Of a stretch of 39,480 bases of DNA, positions 36,401 through 39,480 are shown piece by piece. Origin of the DNA: Catajapyx aquilonaris (lineage: Eukaryota); the NCBI GenBank assembly GCA_000934665.2, contig JYFJ02003621.1:1-39480 (forward strand), given 5' to 3'. The position numbers and the translations under genes were made by a program. Position 1 is the stretch's first letter. The number at the start of each line of letters is the position of its first letter. Under the pieces are notes generated by a model that searched no databases, was not told the DNA's origin, and saw only the letters and a program-made list of their open reading frames with translations.

Positions 36401-36937
36401 TTGCTGTGGTTGCTGAATTATTCCAAGTGTCTGTACATGACCCAAGTTCCACTTAACACGGTACGACACTAGTTGTTTCCAGGAAGACGAAGCACAGTCA
36501 TGGTACGTCCGACGTACGTGGGGTAATGCCGAAGTGCTCCTGTGGTGTACTCGGCCACAACTCTTCTTGGCGACTGTGCCTCGAATCGTATTGCCGCTGC
36601 TGTTGGCGGGTGGACCTGGCAGCCTTGGAAATACGAACCACTTGTGCCGCTCTCTAGTTATAGGGAACGATGCAGCTGGAGTTAGTCAAATTGATATGAC
36701 AAATATGCACGCACTGATCGATTGAGTGTTTGAGCTCAATCGGGGTTTGGCACGGGTTATCGGATGGGAAGGAGGAATTTTTCCGGGATTAGATTTCAAT
36801 TTAGGGGTAGTTTTCCTTGTTCGAATTATATGTTGACATGGTTTGAACGATTTGTAAAATTATAGGGTAGCACGTTAGGGCATTGTTGAACCTGATGTAA
36901 GAGACGATATTTTTTAAAAAAGAGTAGTGAATATCGT

Positions 36938-36955
36938 CTCTACTAGATGGCGCTG
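36938..36955 (+). promoter_or_regulatory. CTCF-like motif
   Basis: CTCTACTAGATGGCGCTG is close to the CTCF core CCACTAGATGGCGC. Motif match only. Confidence 0.3.
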
Positions 36956-37158
36956 GGTTGTCAACCATGCTCAGCATTCAAGGTGGAATTTTACGTTTCT
37001 CGCCGTCTTGCGTCTGTGTGGGCTAATATTCATCGTCAGCATGTCCATACCCTTTAAAAGCGTATTGAACAAGTCATCATCAGTTTCCTAAAATCGTTCA
37101 AAAAAATTTGCTTCACACGTTTCCTAAATTGTATGCAGGAAACACCATAATCAGTCTG

Positions 37159-37244
37159 TAAAACAAATCCAGCCGAAGTTATAAATTGTTGGTTAGTTTT
37201 TGTTAACAATTAATAACAAATTCAATCTGTCTGGATTTGTTTTA
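37159..37244. repeat. AT-rich imperfect palindrome, possible MITE remnant
   Basis: TAAAACAAATCCAG/CTGGATTTGTTTTA (14 bp perfect) plus inner GTTATAAATTGTT/AACAATTAATAAC. Confidence 0.6.
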
Positions 37245-37317
37245 TTAAGCTCGGTGCACCTCGTCCTTATACATTAAATTGTAAACTTCCTGTAGAACTA
37301 ACTGACTGAGGATGATC

Positions 37318-37498
37318 CACTGCCCAATTCCCGAATTCAATAAGGAAGCAGGAAAAACTTTTAAATTAATTACCCCAGATACCAGTTGGTAGCAATTCAC
37401 TTGTTTTAATTGCTATATCGCTTTAAACTGGTTTCTGAGATAAACAAATCAATAACTTCATCCCGTACCCCTATCTTGAAACGGAAAGTTGGGCAGTG
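37318..37498. mobile_element. Possible MITE with CAC termini
   Basis: CACTGCCCAATTCCCG versus right reverse complement CACTGCCCAACTTTCCG, with weaker extension. No TSD. Confidence 0.4.
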
Positions 37499-38730
37499 CA
37501 CCACAACCTGTGTAAATATCTCCATACAAATATGGCTGTTGGTCGCCTACCACTTTTGTTGCCTTTTCGCAAATATAATTAGGAAATGATAGCAATACCC
37601 TGCGATGTCACATTTTAAAATTGCAAACCTCACCTGCCATAACACACAAAATGTGAAATATAAGTGGCCTTCGTTTTTGTCACACTCAGCGAACAGGTAA
37701 ACACCCGCGCCTTTTGTGCAACCTGCAAACCCACTCTCAAGGGGCTTCGTTAATTTGCGAGAGAGTTTAGCCAGCAGTGTGGTTTGTCACCAACAACCCT
37801 GTTTGCAATGTCGGTGTTGGAAACTCCCGTTTTTACTCTCAACACAATCGCTTTATACTGTTCTGGTTGTTAAGTTCCAAGTGAGCTCTATATACATAAA
37901 GCACAAACATAAGCATGTAGATATATTAGCATGCAAGTCGTGTTAGCCCGAGTTATCTCCCAAGCCTCAGACACGTGCTGAGGAAATGTCGTGACCTAAT
38001 AGGTCACGGCTATTAACCCCCTTTGAGAAGCATTAGCCACTGCTTGGTTGGTCCGCAACAGAGACACGAATGCTAACAGGCTGACATTTGAGCTGACGAA
38101 GTCATTTACATCAAGCAAGCAGGAGGTCAACCCTGCTCTGAGACATGTACACCAACGGCACACTTGCCAACTCAGGGAGGAAGGTGACGATTAGTGTGCA
38201 TTCGTCATGTTGACTCTCTCGGATAGGATTTTCAGCAACTTTAATGGAAGCAGGAATTTAGCCTGTGGGTAGGCGGGGTTGTAATGGCGAAGGTTGCCTC
38301 TGGGTAAAGAGCAGTGTGGGAGGCTAGCTAAAAAGCGCAGGTTTATGATTGCGGAATAGTGCGTAGGAGTAGGAATTCAGCGGCCATGTTGTGCCATACC
38401 ATGCTTCCTGCCATCCTCAGCGCCCAATTTGCTGGACTAGGCCTGGTGTGTGGGGGGGTCTCCCTAAGTGATGTGCGGATGGTAATGGCACTTTGGAACG
38501 AGCACAAGGGCGTCCAAATTAGCCCTCCTGTCACCGTCCTATGGGTCAAAGTGGGTCCTTTTGGATTCACATCCCCTAAGCGAAGCCCTCATATACTAGG
38601 CTTGCCGTTGGTTACATTTTAAAGGGGCACAAAAGCGGCCTTTTAGATGATTTCTGACCTCTGCCTGTATGCTGAGGGTACGTAATTTTCGGTATAGAGG
38701 TAGCCTGAAATGTCTGAAATCATCTTAGCT

Positions 38731-39075
38731 TTTTTTTTTTACGTTACCCCGTGCTAGGGCCATGGGTCCTTATAGGGGGGTGGGATACCACCATTTTCTT
38801 CAATTTTCTATTTTTTTCTTCTTCACTCCGGTGCAAGGATGAAAGGACATGGGGAAGGGATAGGGGATTTTTGGGGAGGGAACATGGGTGCAAGGTGCAC
38901 GTCTGAAAACGGGTCATGTGCTGTTCCCCAGGAGGTTAGGTTGCCAGACACCTCCTTGGTGCAGGGCAGAGACCCTCCCGATGCAGGTGAAAGGAAAGTT
39001 CCCCAGGCGGGGATCGAACCTGGGGCCTTTCACACAGCAAGCCGTGACGTTACCATCACGGCCACCACACCTCCC
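38731..39075 (-). mobile_element. tRNA-derived SINE, family B (tail type 2, poly-A)
   Basis: Minus strand: TGGCCGTGATGG A box, GGTTCGATCCCC B box, poly-A tail. 17-bp TSD CTGAAATCATCTTAGCT at 38714-38730 and 39076-39092. Confidence 0.92.
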
Positions 39076-39153
39076 CTGAAATCATCTTAGCTAATATGTG
39101 CATAGCCAAATGATAAGCATGTCGGCCACCACACTTCCCATAATATTATAATA

Positions 39154-39216
39154 CTAGCTGTGGCACCCGGCGTTGCCCGGGAAGAAATGAATGAAGGGAA
39201 AACACCTGGCAGTACT
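39154..39216 (-). mobile_element. Helitron family H2 3' end, interrupted by a MITE
   Basis: Near-identical to 16443-16505 (CTAG, CCCGGCGTTGCCCGGG hairpin, AAGAAATGAATGAAGGGAAA). Similarity stops at 39216. Confidence 0.85.
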
Positions 39217-39480
39217 CAGGGATGGGCAGTATTTAAATACAAATGTATTTAAATACATATTTAAATACTTCTTGGTATTTAGATATGTATTTATAACTAC
39301 ATTGATTTTCCTGTATTTAAATACTGTATTTCAATACATTTCTGAGTATTTAAATACAGAAGTATTTAAATACATATCGTAAGTACTTTCCCTAATTCCC
39401 TTTTAATATTATTTGCATAATTCTTAATTCTGATTCCTATAATGAAATAAAAGCAGCTAATTGGCAGCTTTTTCTCCTAG
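39217..39480. mobile_element. Left part of a hAT-like MITE with GTATTTAAATAC repeats
   Basis: Begins CAGGGATGGGCAG, followed by repeated palindromic GTATTTAAATAC units to about 39375. Right TIR not in the window. Confidence 0.65.

Noticed and set aside
39229..39375. CRISPR-like repeat-spacer pattern (GTATTTAAATAC)
   Set aside because: Repeats are only 12 bp with irregular short spacing, in a eukaryotic context with no cas genes; better explained as MITE subterminal repeats.

Overview
This looks like non-coding, repeat-rich eukaryotic (probably invertebrate) DNA, intergenic or intronic. I recognise no intact protein-coding gene, RNA gene, CRISPR array or autonomous transposon. Several long ORFs in the track are artefacts of microsatellites, palindromes and repeats. 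The supportable content is small non-autonomous mobile elements. There are about nine tRNA-derived SINE copies from three head/body families, five with clear 14-19 bp target-site duplications (TSDs). There are non-autonomous Helitrons, one nested inside another within a (TTA)n tract. There are also many MITE/foldback elements with TA, TCA, TTAA, TWA and 8-bp TSDs. The best leads are: (i) SINE heads and 3' tails occurring in mixed combinations, with tails that keep a nested hairpin despite different sequence; (ii) two otherwise unrelated foldback MITEs sharing a CAAGGGAA-N21-GATTTnGnTGAAACT end, one carrying mirrored DINE-1/Helentron-like modules; (iii) a Helitron cluster around one microsatellite; (iv) a possible decayed Ulp1-like protease fragment. 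I found no convincing evidence of a new coding system. Superfamily names are inferred from termini and TSDs by eye, not from database searches.
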